Source: Squalus acanthias
Lineage: Eukaryota
Direction: 5' to 3'
Assembly: GCA_030390025.1 (NCBI GenBank)
Contig: CM059429.1
Location: 138,384,001 to 138,448,000, forward strand
DNA length: 64,000 nt
Positions within the stretch are counted from its first letter, which is position 1. The number at the start of each line of letters is the position of its first letter. The position numbers and the translations under genes are program-made. The notes under the pieces are model-generated. The model was not told the origin of the DNA, ran no database searches, and saw only the letters and a program-made list of their open reading frames with translations. This document shows positions 12,101 to 27,100 of the stretch, piece by piece.

Positions 12101-15100
12101 GACATTTCATCTGTCGAGCGCTTTTGACAGATGAAATATCAGCGTTTGACAGCTCTGTGAAGCTGTCAAACACTGACAATCTGTCTTCTAACTTGAGTCC
12201 TTCCTCTCAGACTCAGTTAGAGAGCTCACCAGACCAGAAAGCAGAGGCTGCAGCTTTTGACAGTTCAGCGGCCATTTTGCTTTCTGTGCCGGTGAGCTGA
12301 GGGACTCCCGAGAACTGAAGGGAGGAAGCCTGGAGGAGAAAGTAAAGGTAAGTAAAACACTTTACACACTTTCCTCTGCCCCCCCCCCCCCCCCCCAGTT
12401 CAGGGACACTAAGGCCAATTGTAATGCCCCCACCAATTCCTCAATTGGGACCGAAGTAAACTTTTGGTTAAGCAGTTTCATTTAGGGCATTTTTTTTTTG
12501 TTTCCTCTGATACTGAGGCTCCCACTAACAGCTATTGTAAGTTTCTATATGTTTTCTGCAGTAAGTGGTGTTAATTGTTTTTCTTTCCCAGTATTCCTGT
12601 GTCTCACTGCCTGGTACACGAAGACTCAATTGTAGAACTTCAGGCCATCTCTAGAAAATCCGACACCCAGTCTTTTCGGTATGATTTACTATTACTATTG
12701 TGTAAGCAACTCCAATTGATATTTCACATAATAAGCAATGAAGTTGACATGGCACTGAATCCCTTTGTGTTTCTTATTCTGAAGGGCAGGAGAAAGGGAG
12801 AACTAGGTCATTTTGTACATTGGGGTGTTGGTACTTGCACATTTTTTCTTGTAGTTTTGCTTCTTCATTTGGTGGCTGGGGTGCATTTACCTGGTAGGCC
12901 AGCAGAGGAGCTGCAGTTTCTTGTTTATATCAGCGTTTGGATCTTTCTATCCTTTGGATGTGATCTGTTTTCCCAGTGGAGTGAGCTGGATGTGATGCAT
13001 AGCCTTTTCTCATTCCTAAGTTTGGCCATTCAGCCATAGGACTTAGTTTAAAGAAACACTGTCAAGACATTCTTGTCAGTGTGAGTCACTCCCACAAAGT
13101 ACCATAAAAATTGTTTTCTCTCTGTGGTTACATGATAGAATCACTCTTGTGTGCATAGCACAGTAGGTAGCTCCATCACTGGAACTGGTTTTGTCTTCTT
13201 CCGTACATAGTCCCTATGATATGAAAAGATGTTGGTCCAGTATATGTTCGTTAATGGGAAGTAAGTTGAATAATTTCCCTCCCAGAGCAGAAATAATGGA
13301 AGTGTGATTGAGGCACAACATTTGCAGTCGATTTTGATTTTCAATGTTTGTCTTATGCTCTTCTTGTAGGTTATACTATCGCTGTGTGAAAGGGAAGGCA
13401 GATCAACTGAAATGGTGCGGAAATGTGCCCTGGCAGGTATGGACGTTCAATTGGAGTTTGTACTATAGCATTTGGCAACAGTTAAGATGTTGTAATGTTG
13501 ATAACCCATTATATTAGTACCAGGAGCCAAAGGCATGGATCATTGTTATTGTAAGGGGTTGAAATGTTGGTGCTGTGGTTCTTGATATTTTATTTTTGGA
13601 CTGGCGTTAATAAAGCAAAAAAGAAAGACTTGCATTTATATAGCACCTTTCAATACCTCAGGACGTCCCAAAGCGCTTTACAGCCAATGAAGTACTTTTG
13701 AAGTGTAGTCACTGTTATAATGTAGGAAAATCAAATTTACTGTATATTCACAACTCCAAAATTATTAGTGATATACTCCTTTTAGATTTTAGAATGCAGA
13801 CTGTGGGCGGGGGCTACTCCTTGTGTGATCTTCAGCCTCAGATTTTCCTTTCCATTAAAATCAATAGGGGAAAACTTAAGGACAGCTGAGTGTAGAAATC
13901 TCCAACAAGGATGTTGTACAAGATGATAGGAAATACGTACAATTATAGGGAGCCTCTGAAATCCACTAGACCATTTTAGTCCTTATATTTTCTCAATCTT
14001 CCATGATTCAGAACCTTGCCCAGAAAAAGATGCATTTTGTATATGGTAAAGCTTTCCTTTTAAAATAAAATAAAATAACATTCTGATTTGAGCACAAATG
14101 TAGCTTTTATTGAGAGGCAGGGTGACTGTAGCAAGAAAGACCCTAACAACATATTAACAGTAACATTTTTGACTTCATCTAAACCATTGTAGAATTTGAC
14201 CCAGTGGTGCTAATTTGAAAGGTGGTTCATGTTTCTTTACTGATCTTCTGGTATTGATACCAGCTAACTGGGTTTCCATGGATTAAAACAGTGTTTTTTC
14301 ACCTTTGTGACCTGAGAGCCCAAATTAGATTGTTGGTATGAAGAATCTCTCTTCTGATAATTAAATGAGTGCGGATTGTCATAAGTTATGCTAATATTGG
14401 CATTAATCATCAATCTCATTCAAAGAGGCCAAAGGATAGTTAGTGTTTAGAAAGTGAAGCACTTGTGCAAATGGGTGTTCTTCCGAAGTTGAGACGCAGT
14501 GAGTGTTGTGCAGAGAATACTTTGTCCTGTATCTGGTCTCTGCTGTCCCTGACTTGAGAGCATTTGATGCTTACACGGGATGTAGGAATGGAAAAATGTT
14601 TCCCCAGCACTGTCACCCCTCACTTTTTAATAAGGAAAAGATACAGATATTATATTCCACATGAATTTATTCAGCTGGGTTTTCACATAAGCTGCAACTT
14701 TTCTTCTCAAAAAGAACTAGACAGTCCACAATATGTGTTCTTTTTTGGACATGCACAAAAAATATTAAATGTTAATATTTGTGTTTTTCAGGAACCAAAT
14801 TCAAAGCTGTCATCAACTGAGAGCGATGCCCATCATGTTGGAGGGCAGCCCCACCATCCTAAGAAGCAAGAACGAAATCCTTTCAGAGTTCCGAGTGAGA
14901 ATCGGAAGCCATCCACATGGAAAGCTGCCACTGGTAACCATAGTAACGAAGAGATTGAGTCGGAAAGAAACAAGAAGCATAACGAGGATGTAGGCGAGAC
15001 GAAGGTAAATGGTTTACCAGTAAGTGATCAGGAGGTAGCGAAGAAGTCTAATGATGGGTTCAAGATCAAGGAAAAGTCATCTAATGAGGCTGAAAAGCTT

Positions 15101-18100
15101 GCTGTTAAAGAGACCCAAAAAGAAGCAATTCATCACCTTAAGTGTGATGCCAGAACAGGCAGAACTGACTCTAGCAGAAAGGAGAAAGCTCACAATTTAC
15201 CATATTTAGAACCATTGGCAACTGACAAAGGAAAATTATCAAAGCCAACCCGGACTATGGAGAAGGATAAAGTGCAATTAGGATCTGAGGAAGAGCATGT
15301 CCATAAAGAATTATCTAAGCACTCATCATGCCATGGAAACACTGCAACCACCAGCAGTGCACACTTGAAAGGGGAACAACTAAGGGACAGACAAGCATCA
15401 AGCAATGAAAGCGAATGTAGTTATGAAAATGAAAAGTCAAGCAGAACTCAGAAGTGCTGTGTGACCAGGATGCCCCAAGAGACCGAACCAACAGACACTC
15501 GGGAAAACCACTCGGAACAGACACAAGGAACCAAAGTTGAACACGGTGCTACTGGACACCGTTCAGTCCTTTCTACATCTAGCCCTGATTCAAATAGGGA
15601 AAAAAATGAGGAAAGTAAATCATATGGACAAATTCATGCTGAGGCAACTGTTTGTATTGGAGCAGAAAATAGCCATACCAAATTAGAGCAAAGTGTGCCC
15701 AGCAGCCAGTCAGTGGAAGCCAAGCAGACAGCAGCTACAAAGAAGCCAAATATAAGTAATGGACAGAGAACAATCACAACCTTTCCTGGATTCGAGCCTG
15801 CATCAGCACGCATGGAAACCAAGAAAGCTGTGGCACTGCACAACCAGCTGACTGCTCAACTTAACCAGAAAAAGGTAATCGTCATGATCAGAGGTAACAA
15901 TCGGACAGTGATATGTGATTTTTAACATTCTTTGGGATGTGGGTATCACTGGCATGGCTGGCATTTATTGCCCATCCCTAGTTGCCCTTGAGAAGGCAGT
16001 GGTAGGCCTTTTTGAACCGTTGCAGTCCATGTGGTAAAGGTACTCTCACAATGCTGTTAGGTAGGGAATTACAGGATTTTGAGCCAGTGACAATGAAGGA
16101 ACAGCAATATATGTCCAAGTCTGAATGGTGTGTGTCTTGGAGGGGAACTTGGAGGTGATGGTGTTTCCATACACCTGCTGCCTTTGTCCTTTTAGATGGT
16201 GGAGGTGGCAGGTTTGGGAGGTGCTGCTGAAGAAGCCTTGGCGACTTGCTGCAATGTATCCTGTAGATAGTATCTTCTCAATAAATGATCGAAAGTAGGT
16301 GGGAATTAATTGCACAGACGATAGATATGTTGGCCGGAATTTTCTGGGGTGGTAGTGGGCGCGATCGGTGGCGGGTCGGGTGGGAAAGCTATTTTTGACT
16401 GGGTTGGGAACCCACCGTCATCTTGCTCCCACGCGCCTTTCCCCAGGCGCGTCGGTCATCGCAGCGCTGACCCGACCGGCAGCAGCGGCTGACCCAATTG
16501 AAATCATTATCAGGTAGTTCACAGGCACTTAAGAGCCTTTTTTCACTTACTTTTTAAATTTCTCTGCATGGCCACAGGATTCACACAGCTCAGAAAGCAC
16601 GTCAGTCAACCTGAGGTGGGAGTTCTGTGGCCATTGCGCCAGCTGATTACTTGACAGCATCAAAAGTACAGTAAAAGCTCCCACCTGACAGATGATCACT
16701 TTCCTCAGGCAGAAGCTGTTGCTCAGTCCATTTCCAGCACAGATTCTGCAGGCTGCAAGTGTTTCCAGCAAAGTCTCCATCCAGTATCACCTCATTGGAA
16801 GAACTCGCTCACCATTGACAGAATGCTTCTGTCATCTGTACTTCACCTGCCATCTATTCCATCAACATGACTGCCATTTATACTGTCTCACCTTGGTCCT
16901 CAGAATCGGACCACGATCAGCCCCAGCACCAGCCACACCAACAACACCAACCTTCTCTGCAATCACCTGATGCTGCACAGGACAAAGAGCATCAGCACCT
17001 GAGCACATTGCTGCCTGGGAGGCCAGGGATGGCCTCATCATGGCCAGATTTAGTTAACTTTATACTGTACACCCATATGGCTGCCACATGATGCGCCAGG
17101 TTGGCACCACCCCACACCAGCACCATAAAGCATCCCTACAATGACCAAGCCATTCCTTTCACACTCATCACCATTGTGGGGGGTGGGGGGGGGGGGGGGG
17201 GGGCGTACTGTTATGTCTCATCGTTAACTCGCTAAGCCACTTCCAAAAGTGCACACAAATCTGTCCAAGACCGGAAAGTGTTGAAAATAATTTTTTTTAT
17301 GTTTCACACCACATTAACAGAAACTTTACATAAACATTGGATAAAACACCGAAGTGGCTACCCTTGTGTGTTGTTAGCTGGTATGATTGCACTAGGATGA
17401 GGGTAAGTGTGAGGGTTGGCTAGTGAGATGGGGATGTGATGATGTAGATAGAGAGAGAGAGGGATGGGTGGAGGTGCAAGGTATGTTGGTGTGAGTAAGG
17501 ATGTCCAGGTGTAGGGTAGGGAAGGCAGAGTGATGTAGTTTCATTTTATTTTTATTTCATAGATCACAGTTTCCTAGAAGTAAAGGGCATTAAGGGTTAC
17601 GGGGAGCGGGCAGGAATTTGGACATGAGTCTAGGTTCGGATCGGTCATGGCCCTGTGGGTAGTGGAGCGGGCCCAGGGACTGTGTAGCCTGATTCTGCTC
17701 CTATTTCGTGTGTGCAATTCTGTTAGATGCAGGAGATGTTTCTGTGATAGATAGTAGATTGGCGGTTAGGATCAGATCAGCCATGATCTTATTGAATGGC
17801 GGAGCAGGCTCGATGGGCCGATTGGCCTACTCCTGCTCCTATTTCTTATGTTCTTATGTTCTTATGATGGGGATGTGATGAGAGGCACAGCAGGATGAAG
17901 TTGAGTGTGGCTTTTGTACAAATGGTTCCTGATCTAATGAGATAATTGAAACGTTTGCGGCACTGTACCCAGGTCCTCCTGACCACATCCCTGCTTGTGA
18001 CCTAATCTGCAACCAGGCTGTCTTGGTCTCCAGGGGAGGTCTATTCCGCCCATCGGAAGGGAAGAGGACCTCCCTGCGCACTCTGACTCCCTCCACAAGC

Positions 18101-21100
18101 ATATCAAGGGAGCCATCGGAGAACCTGGGTGCAGCCCTCTGCCTCTGTGCAGTCATTCAGTGTTTGCAGCACTCCAATGCTGTCGTGCACTGACAACAAT
18201 ATGTTAGATTAAACTTCAAATCTAATGTGGCCATGGTCCCTTTAAAGATCCCGGCTGAAAACGCCACCAGACCTGCTCCATCTCATTGGGCTGGGCGGGC
18301 TTAATAGGCCCCATTAAGGTAAGTTCATTTTCAACAGCGGGATGGAGCCAGCAGCGGGGTCACGACCCGCCACCGCCCGCACCACACCCGCCCAGGTAGG
18401 CAAAATTCCGGCCACTGTTACTGGGAATGCAGTCTGTGTTTAAATTTCACCTGTTGTGTTGATGAGGTTAATGTAGGAATCCACTATTATAGAAAGATGG
18501 TACTATTCTTTCTTCTCAAAAGCAAAGGTAAGATGGCACTTAAATATATGGTGAAACATAAAACTGGTTGATGTAAAGTTTTTAAAATTGTATATTTTTA
18601 AACTGAGTTATTCTGAATCCATACTTGTTTTCCATACACACAGACCTATGCAAAACAGGAGAATCTCCGTGTACTTCAGATCGTTTTAGAAATGTCAATT
18701 TCACGTTCAACATGAATTGTGTGAAAATCTTATTTTGAACTGTGAGGGCACTTGGAGGGTTCAATTTTGTATTAATCCTATTTATCTGTGTTCATAGAAT
18801 GGCTGTAATTGTAGGGAATTATCAGAAATAATTCACTGAATTCTTAAATCGATGCAATAGAGGAATGTTAGGAAAATGTTAATTCCCATTTCCCATTTTT
18901 CTCTGTTTATCATATCTGACCACTATCACATGTGCTTCTCCTCCAGTCAGGACGGTGAGGTAACTTGGGTGTGGGAGATATCTCGAGCTAGCTGATTTTT
19001 AACATTGCTTCTTGATTAACCAGTATGCATATAGTGTAGGGATGCAAATGTACCAGTGTCGAGGTTAATCTGCCTTGCTTCTGACTGGGAGTACTCCACC
19101 TAGCAGAATGGCTTAGAGTTGCCTTTACCATCTGATTGAAGTCATTACGGTAAAATCTGGAAAGCAGATTTCCTGCTTTCTGGCTTGAGAGGTAGGAATG
19201 ATGCCTTTGGAACTGCGAAGCCAATTGGTATGCTAACTGTTATTAATTCCAAGCTGGGTTTCAAATAGGACATAATTTTCTCTATGCTGTGAAATTTTTA
19301 ACGTGCCTGTTTTGATAATTCAGTAACACAATTTGCTACATTTGTGATTGCCAGCAGGAAAAAAATGCTTCCTGTTTAAATTCAGGAAGAAGAATGATAG
19401 GAATAATAATGCTTGGCAGTATTGCTGTTTTCATGTCTAAATATTTCATTTTTCAGACTACTCTGAGAACAGTGAATGTTGCTGCCCTCCCTGATAAAGG
19501 TCAGAGGTTAATAAATCAGGTCAAAGTCCTGGAGGATGCTCTCGGTGCACTGTGCCTGTCTGCTACAGATGAAAAGGAGAAAGGTACTATATTGGGCTCA
19601 TTGGAATTAATGCTTGCATTTTCTTGGGTGGGTGAGCGGGACATTTTCAAAGTTACAGGAGCGTTTGATACTGTGTTAATTTAAATCTGTTTATTTTTGG
19701 ATGAATCCTTGCTGACCCTTCTGCTTAATTTTAGAATTGATTCCACCAGAAGAATAAGATGTTACTTAAAAGAAGTGTGCACATAACTGGGATCATTTTA
19801 TGAGTCTACACTGCCAGCAAGGAGCTTCACACACTGAAACATAGGAACAGGAGTCGGCCATTCAGCCCCTCGAGTCCGTTCCGCCATTCAGTTAGATCAT
19901 TGCTTATCTGTATCTTAACTCCATCTACCTGCCTTGATTCCGTAACCCTTAATACCCTTGCCTAACAAAAATCTATCAGTTTCAATTTTGGAATTTTCAA
20001 TTGACCTAGCCTCAACAGCTTTTAGGGGTAAGGGTTCCAGATTTCCACTACCCTTTGTGTGAAGAAGTGCTTCCTGTCAGTGAAAATTGGAAATTCGGGC
20101 ACATTCTGTCCACGGTTTTCCAACCAGATTGGATTTGCCCTGGCAGCGTGGACTCGTAAATTTACACTCAACAATTACCAGTAGGTTAAAGACTCTTAAG
20201 CAACAGCGGTTGATGCACCAAGATGCTCTGCTGTGAAATTGTAGAATGTGAATTCCTACACAATTTGTACATCTAATCTCAACAAAGCCATCAAGCAAGG
20301 TGCTTTGCAGAGGCCAGGTACTTTGTTAGTGCAACTGAAGTTGGTAATAATGGGTTTAGCTACAAACTGACATGTATTGACAGTGGAGCTATAAAGACAA
20401 TTGAAACTCAAACTCTTAACAATGTCTTTCTCTGTAGGAGAGGAAACCAGCAACAGTCAGATCAATCCCTTCGACAAAAGTGGCACCTTCTTATTAAATA
20501 AACCTATACCCCATCAAGATCCCAGATCTGATGCAACAACTTCACGTTTCAATGATGCTTCTTCCCTGGGGTCAAGTCACTTTTATAACCAGGTGCATAG
20601 AGGTAAAATGTTGCAAGAAAGCATTCTTTTAAGAGAAATTAGAATCACAGAATGTTACAGCACAGAACAGACCGTTCAGCCCGTCAAGTCTGTGCTGGTG
20701 TTTTTCTCCTTTGGGGCCACCTTGTCTATTCCCGCTGCTGCTCGCTTCCCAAGCCCTTTAATATTCCTCTTTTTCATGCAGTTGTCTAATTCTCTTTTAA
20801 AAGCATTTAAGGACTATTCAACATCAATTTGTGGCAGAGTATTCTACATTCTAACTACCTTTTGTTCTTTTCAACTTGCCCTGGACAAGTTGTTCTTTTC
20901 GGCAATCAACAGCTGGTTATATGTCTCCATTAAATTCCTCGTAATCCTGTCACAAATCAGCTCATACTTTCCTTTGGATGTTGGACCAGATAACTCTTTG
21001 ATAGTCCTTTATCTCCGGCTCAGTTAGGACTGAACCCCTCAACTGGATTTTGGTCCTGTAAAGCACTCCACAGTAAACATTATATAGAGAAACAACTTAA

Positions 21101-24100
21101 TGTGAACTTTAATTGTAGATTGAAAACTCTCATTATTGCTTAGTTGAATCCATTACAACACTGACTGCACTTCAGAAAGTACTTCATTGGCTGTAAAGCG
21201 CTTTGGGATGTCCTGAGGTCGTGAAAGACACTATATAAATGCAAGTCTTTCTTTTATAATGGATTATAGCAATGCTTCAGCTTGTTCACAATTATAAATA
21301 AGATGCAGTTGTGTTTTTTTTTAAATAATTAAACCACTATTTACCTTGGAGGAATGTTGCTATGGTTATTATAGGAACCTCCTCAACTGCTCGCCTGAAA
21401 AATAAATATTATTGTCTGTTTTTAAATATCAGCATCCTTCCTCTGTGCTATAAGATGCAATGATTCCTTCAGTGCTGCATTGCAAGCCAGTTTGAAATCC
21501 TGCTATTAAATTGTAATTACTGTCACATGGCTAATACGGTTAATGCTTCAGATGAATACCCCTGCAGGCCGTTGTAATGGGGATTCAGTTTAGCAGTTCC
21601 AGACCATACAGCCACACAGTTATTGCTGCCAGAAAATCAGTATTGGTATTGGACAATGCTACCCTTTATCTTTATCTTCTCTTTGCTTTTTTGATTCTTC
21701 AGTTAGAACAGTGTTGTCCAATAGAAGTCACTGACTAGCCACAAGCGTGACTACAGCAATACCATTTTAGCCAAGTGCGCTAATTGTAGTAGAAAATGCC
21801 TTACACACAATGTCGGTAAATGTGCTTCACGTGTATATTTACTTAACAAACTCCTGCCACCCTTCAGTGTGAAACTTTGCAGTCTTTCTTATTCATCAAA
21901 GTTTGGAATTCTGGCGTGAAGCACATCTTTGTACAGCTTCTAGATTTTTGTCCAGTAGTTGCGAGCGATACTATGACTTCATCAGAGTGATCGCTTGAAC
22001 AGGACGTGCCAGACCCACCCCATCTCTCAATTCATGACATGGTTGGATGCTGTTTATCTTTTCCCATAGCATGCCCTGTTGGAGCTGCTCATTATTGGTT
22101 GGGCTTGCTTTTTCTGCTGACCTGGAGCCCTTATTCCGATTAGTCGAGCTGACCACGATAACCACTCCCCTCTATACAATGGTGCTGGTGTTACAATGGT
22201 GCTGAAGTCCGGTGTTTTCACCCATGATGCCCACCATTTTAGCAGATAACTAATAAGTAGCAACCAAGGAAGAAAAGCACACACCACGATCAAAAAACTT
22301 TAAAGTACGCATGCGTACGCTGTACGAATATGAGTATTGAGATCACATGCCCAACAACGGTGTGTCTTACTCATTTTTAAAAATTTATTAATCAAAAATG
22401 CAATTAGCCACATGTGACTAGTGGCTAATGTCTTTGACAACACTGAGTTAGAATGGCGTGGACTGGAAACGTCTTGACTACTACTGATGCCTTTTTGCGC
22501 TTTTCACAAAATGAATTTAATTGAGACAAAATCTATTTGGTGATGGTTGCTGGAAATTAAAAATTGCCACTGAGTGCTTGGAATTCCTGAAGAATTACTC
22601 AAGTTCTCTGTGCAGATGTAGAATTGTAATTAATATACTTGCAAAGGTCTGTCTTGTAGAGTAGTGGGCCTCAAAATTAGGGCTATGGGTCCTGTAGGAA
22701 GCAGTACTGTTTGATCATGAAATCCAATGATAGAGGCTGTGTAGCTGTTCACAGTACCCTTTCCACGTACAACAGAACCTCTATTATCCAGACTCCAATT
22801 ATCTGCTTTTCCAATTGCTTGTAAGAATTTGCAAAACACTGCCGAGTGAGAGACATCAATTTACTTTTTATATTTATCGCCTTGTCTCGGTTGAATAAAA
22901 CTATGAAATGTCTCTTATTATTTGTCATGTACTAGTCTCAACATAATCTGGAATTAGCTACCAATTTCTATTGTCCACAGGGGCTCCTCCATTATGGCAG
23001 ATAATAAAGGTTCCACTGTAGATGCATACCTGAGGCTGATAGGAAAAAAGCCTACACAGGAACTAGCTATGAGCTGCATAGGTGTCAGAATGTGGTCCTT
23101 GCTTTCAAATCACTCCATGGCCTCACCCACTCTACTTTTATGCTCTATTCCTGCCTTACGTCACCATGTGCACCCTCTACTCTTCTAACGCCAGGATTCT
23201 TATCGTCACTCTCCACCAGTAATGGCTACTCCTGTCCTTTGGAACCACTTGCCCAGTTCCTTCTGCCTTGTCAGCTCTTTCCTTGCTTTCAAAAACCTCC
23301 TCAAAACTTCTCCTTAACCATGCTTTTATTCCCCCCCAATCATAATCCTCGCCATTTTTGTGAGCAAATTGTGAATTAATTATTTCTCTCGATTTCAGCA
23401 AATTCTCAGCAGCAAAGCCTATATGGAGGACGGATGACAGAGCATCGACTCCTCACTGTCAAGAACATGACCAGTGAGGCCATTGAACAACTCCACAAGT
23501 CATTGGAGTCTTGCCCAGATGCATCTGATGAGGCTGAAGATGCACCTTATCTCAAGGTGATTGTAAATGAGATTATATTGTTCTGTATAAGTTTTCAGCT
23601 TGGTATACCTTTCCGATTTGGAGTTGATTAAAGAAAGGGTACTGTATTTTGGTAATATACTGATGCTCTCAGCCACTTGGTTACAGTCCTTTAAGCTGCT
23701 TGGCACAGTTGGGATGAGTTTGGTTAGTTCTCAGGCAGGGATTCATATACCCCTTCTGCTGCAGTTATGGATAACAAGTCCTTGTTTCTGGAATGTTGGT
23801 TTGTTGATCTGCAGTTTGGTAAATGGAGTGCTGAATTCCTTGCTGATTATGCAGGGTATGCCATTTCTGTAACCTCTGCAGAATTCTTTTGTAGGCTTTG
23901 AAACATTAAATATTGTAAATTAGAGCTGTAAAATGTTTTCTCAGACCCTGATGCTATCGGTCCTCATCACAGTCAAATTGAATGAGAATTCTATCCCCTG
24001 CTTTTGTTTAAACTATAAATGCAATAAAGGACTATTTTGAAGTACTAGTTATAAAATATGCCTATAAAGTGGTAAAGTCAGTGTTACAAATTCATTAATC

Positions 24101-27100
24101 TGCAGTAGATTTTCTCCTGGTCTTAGCATCACTAGTCATGTCTGTAAGCAGACCTCATGTCCTCTATGATTTGGAGAGCATCTTTGATGCTCAATATCTA
24201 GTTAAATTACAGCATGATCCAGGGATCCTAACACTTCCTTACTCTTGTACTCCAACCTCCTTGCAATAAAGGCCAACATGCCATTTGCCTTCCTAATTGC
24301 TTACTGTACCTGCATGCTAACTTTCTGTCAATTGTGAAGTGCTAGTGACTGACGTTGCCTACAGTGTTCCTTTAACATGTTACCCGGTATACAGTGTACT
24401 TCATGTGAACTAATATTTAACGATTCTCTATCTTTTTCCTAATTTTTTTTTTACTGTCAATTCCATCAACAATTGTTAATTTACATTATAATTGTCATAC
24501 TTTATTCCCTTCGACTGCGTTTGAAAGGGAGACAAAATAAGTTCCTATAGTTACGACAGTATAATCTGGTTACAATGATGTGGATTTATTCTGTTTCATT
24601 CTATATTTTGTAGACAAAGCTGAAAAAGATACTTGATGCATAAAATGGTGAGCATTTTTTTAAAATGTGTTCATCTTTAAAGGTCGCACTGCTAATTCAT
24701 CAGAAACAAGCATTGGCATGGTTACTGTGGCGGGAGAAGCAAAAACCATCGGGTGGCATACTAGGTAAGAGAACTCTTTTTAGGAGTGTTGTAAAAGCTG
24801 ACCTGGCCATGGAAGAACAATGAGACCGGAGAGTGTAATTTGCATAAAGGGTGGCATACGGCAAAAGCTAAGAATCTTAATACAAAATAGTAGCTCTCCC
24901 TTGGCATTGCCTATGGCAACTCAAAGGCTTTTTAAAAAATTCATTTATGGGATCTGGGTGTCGCTGGCAAGGCCAGTATTTATTGCCCTTGAGAAGGTGG
25001 TGGTGAGCCGCCGCCTTGAACCACTGCAGTCCGTGTGGTGAAGGTACTCCCACAGTGCTGTTAGGGAGGGAGTTCCAGGATTTTGACCCAGCGACGATGA
25101 AGGATCGGTGCTATACTTCTAAGTCAGGTGGTGTGTGACTTGGAGGGAAACTTGGAGGTGGTGGTGTTCCCATGCGCCTGCTGCCCTTGTCCTTCTAGGC
25201 GGGTTTGGGAGATGCTGCCGAAGAAGCCTTGGCGAGTTGCTGCAGTGCATCTTGTAGATGGTACACACTGCAGCCACGGTACGCCGGTGGTGGAGGGAGT
25301 GAATGTTTAAGGTGGTGGATGGGGTGCCAATCAAGCGGGCTGCTTTGTCCTGGATGGTGTCGAGCTTCTTGAGTGTTGTTGGAGCTGCACTCATCCAGGC
25401 AAGTGGAGAGTATTCCATCACACTCCTTACTTGTGCCCTGTAGATGGTAGAAAGGCTTTGGGGAGTCAGGAGGTGATACACTCACTGCAGAATACCTAGC
25501 CTCTGACCTGCTCTTGTTGCCACAGTATTTATATGGCTGGTCCAGTTAAGTTTCTGGTCAATGGTGACTCCCAGGATGTTGATGGTGGGGAATTTGGCGA
25601 TGGTAATGCCGTTGAATGTCAAGGAGAGGTGGTTAGACACTCGCTTGTTGGAGAGAGTCATTGCCTGGCACTTCTGTGGCGCAAATGTTACCTGCCACTT
25701 ATCAGCCCAAGCCTGAACGTCGTCCAGGTATTGTTGCATGCGGGCATGGACTGCTTCATTATCTGAGGAGTTGTGAATGGCGCTGAACACTGTGCAGTCA
25801 TCAGCGAACATCCCCATTTCTGACCTTATGTTGGAGGGAAGGTCATTGATGAAGCAGCTGAAGATGGTTGGGCCTAGGACACTGCCCTGAGGAACTCCTG
25901 CAGCGATGTCCTGGGGCTGTGATGATTGACCTTCAACCACCACAACCATCATCTTTTGTGCTAGGTATGACTCCAGCCAGTGGAGCATTTCCGCCCCCCC
26001 CCCCCCCCCCCCCCACGATTCCCATTGACTTCAGTTTTATTAGGGCTCCTTGATGCCACACTCAGTCAAATGCTGCCAAGTGAAAGTTTTGGATTGGGAT
26101 CAGATGTCTGTCCATCTTTAGTAATAATCTAATAAGGAACAATAGTGAAGAGTATAAATTTAAAATATTGACATTTTTCACCTTTTTTAGCGGATGACAT
26201 GGGTTTGGGCAAAACTCTAACGATGATTGCACTCATCTTAGCTCAACGGTGCAAGGGGAAGAAGGAAAAAGAGAAAAAGCTAGAGGAGTGGATCTCAAAA
26301 ACTGGTAAGAATTGGAGATAATTAGAATGATTTAAATAACAGGGAAAAAACATGCACTGTGGATTACCATTTGTCTGTTTACCCCAAGAGCAGAAGCCAT
26401 GGCTTTTTTTGGCTGAGTCTAGTCCTGGGGTTGGGCTTCTCACCGAGGTGCGAGTGCTACTAATTGAAGCAAGATGATGCTTGGCTCGGTGACAGCACCC
26501 TCGCCTTTGAGTCAGAAGGTCGTGGGTTCAAGCCCCACGCCCAAATTTGAGTAATTAATCTAGGCTGACAAATTGGTGCATTACTGAGGGAGTGCTGCAC
26601 TGTTGGATGTGCTGTCTTTCTAATGAAATGTTAAACTGGCAATCTGTATGCCTCTTCGGGTGAAAGTAAAAGACCCTATGGCACTACTCAAAGAAAAGCA
26701 GGGGAGTACTTGCTGTAGTAGGATCTGGCTATGTGTAAATGCCACATTTGCTTGTGTTAACAAGAGACTACGTCAGAAGTAATTTACTGAATGTGAAGTG
26801 CTTTGGGACATCCTGAGGTCTTGATAAGGTGCGATATGAATGCAATTTTCTTTGTGCACATTATATGCACAAATTTTGGTTGTTTCATAAATCATTTTAC
26901 CATCCTGTGCATTGTGCAGATCATTAAGTGATAACTCTCGCCAGTGAGAACAGACACAATCTATGAATCTGAACTCTTAATTGGCTCTTAAAATTAAGCT
27001 TGTAATACAGAAAAGAATATAGAGGAAAAAATGCTGTTCTGAAACTTAAAAATATTCACAGTTATAAATGAGTGTCTGTTTATATTGACCAGATCTAAGA

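Noticed and set aside
12551-12566. TTTTCTGCAGTAAGT overlapping acceptor/donor 30 nt upstream of TTF2 exon 3
   Set aside because: Not an AG|GT recursive site, and using this acceptor would introduce an in-frame TAA.
17581-17715. Divergent CR1 tail next to a clean copy; looked like A-to-G hyperediting
   Set aside because: Differences include many T>C, C>T, G>A changes and transversions, so it is better explained as an older or different subfamily.
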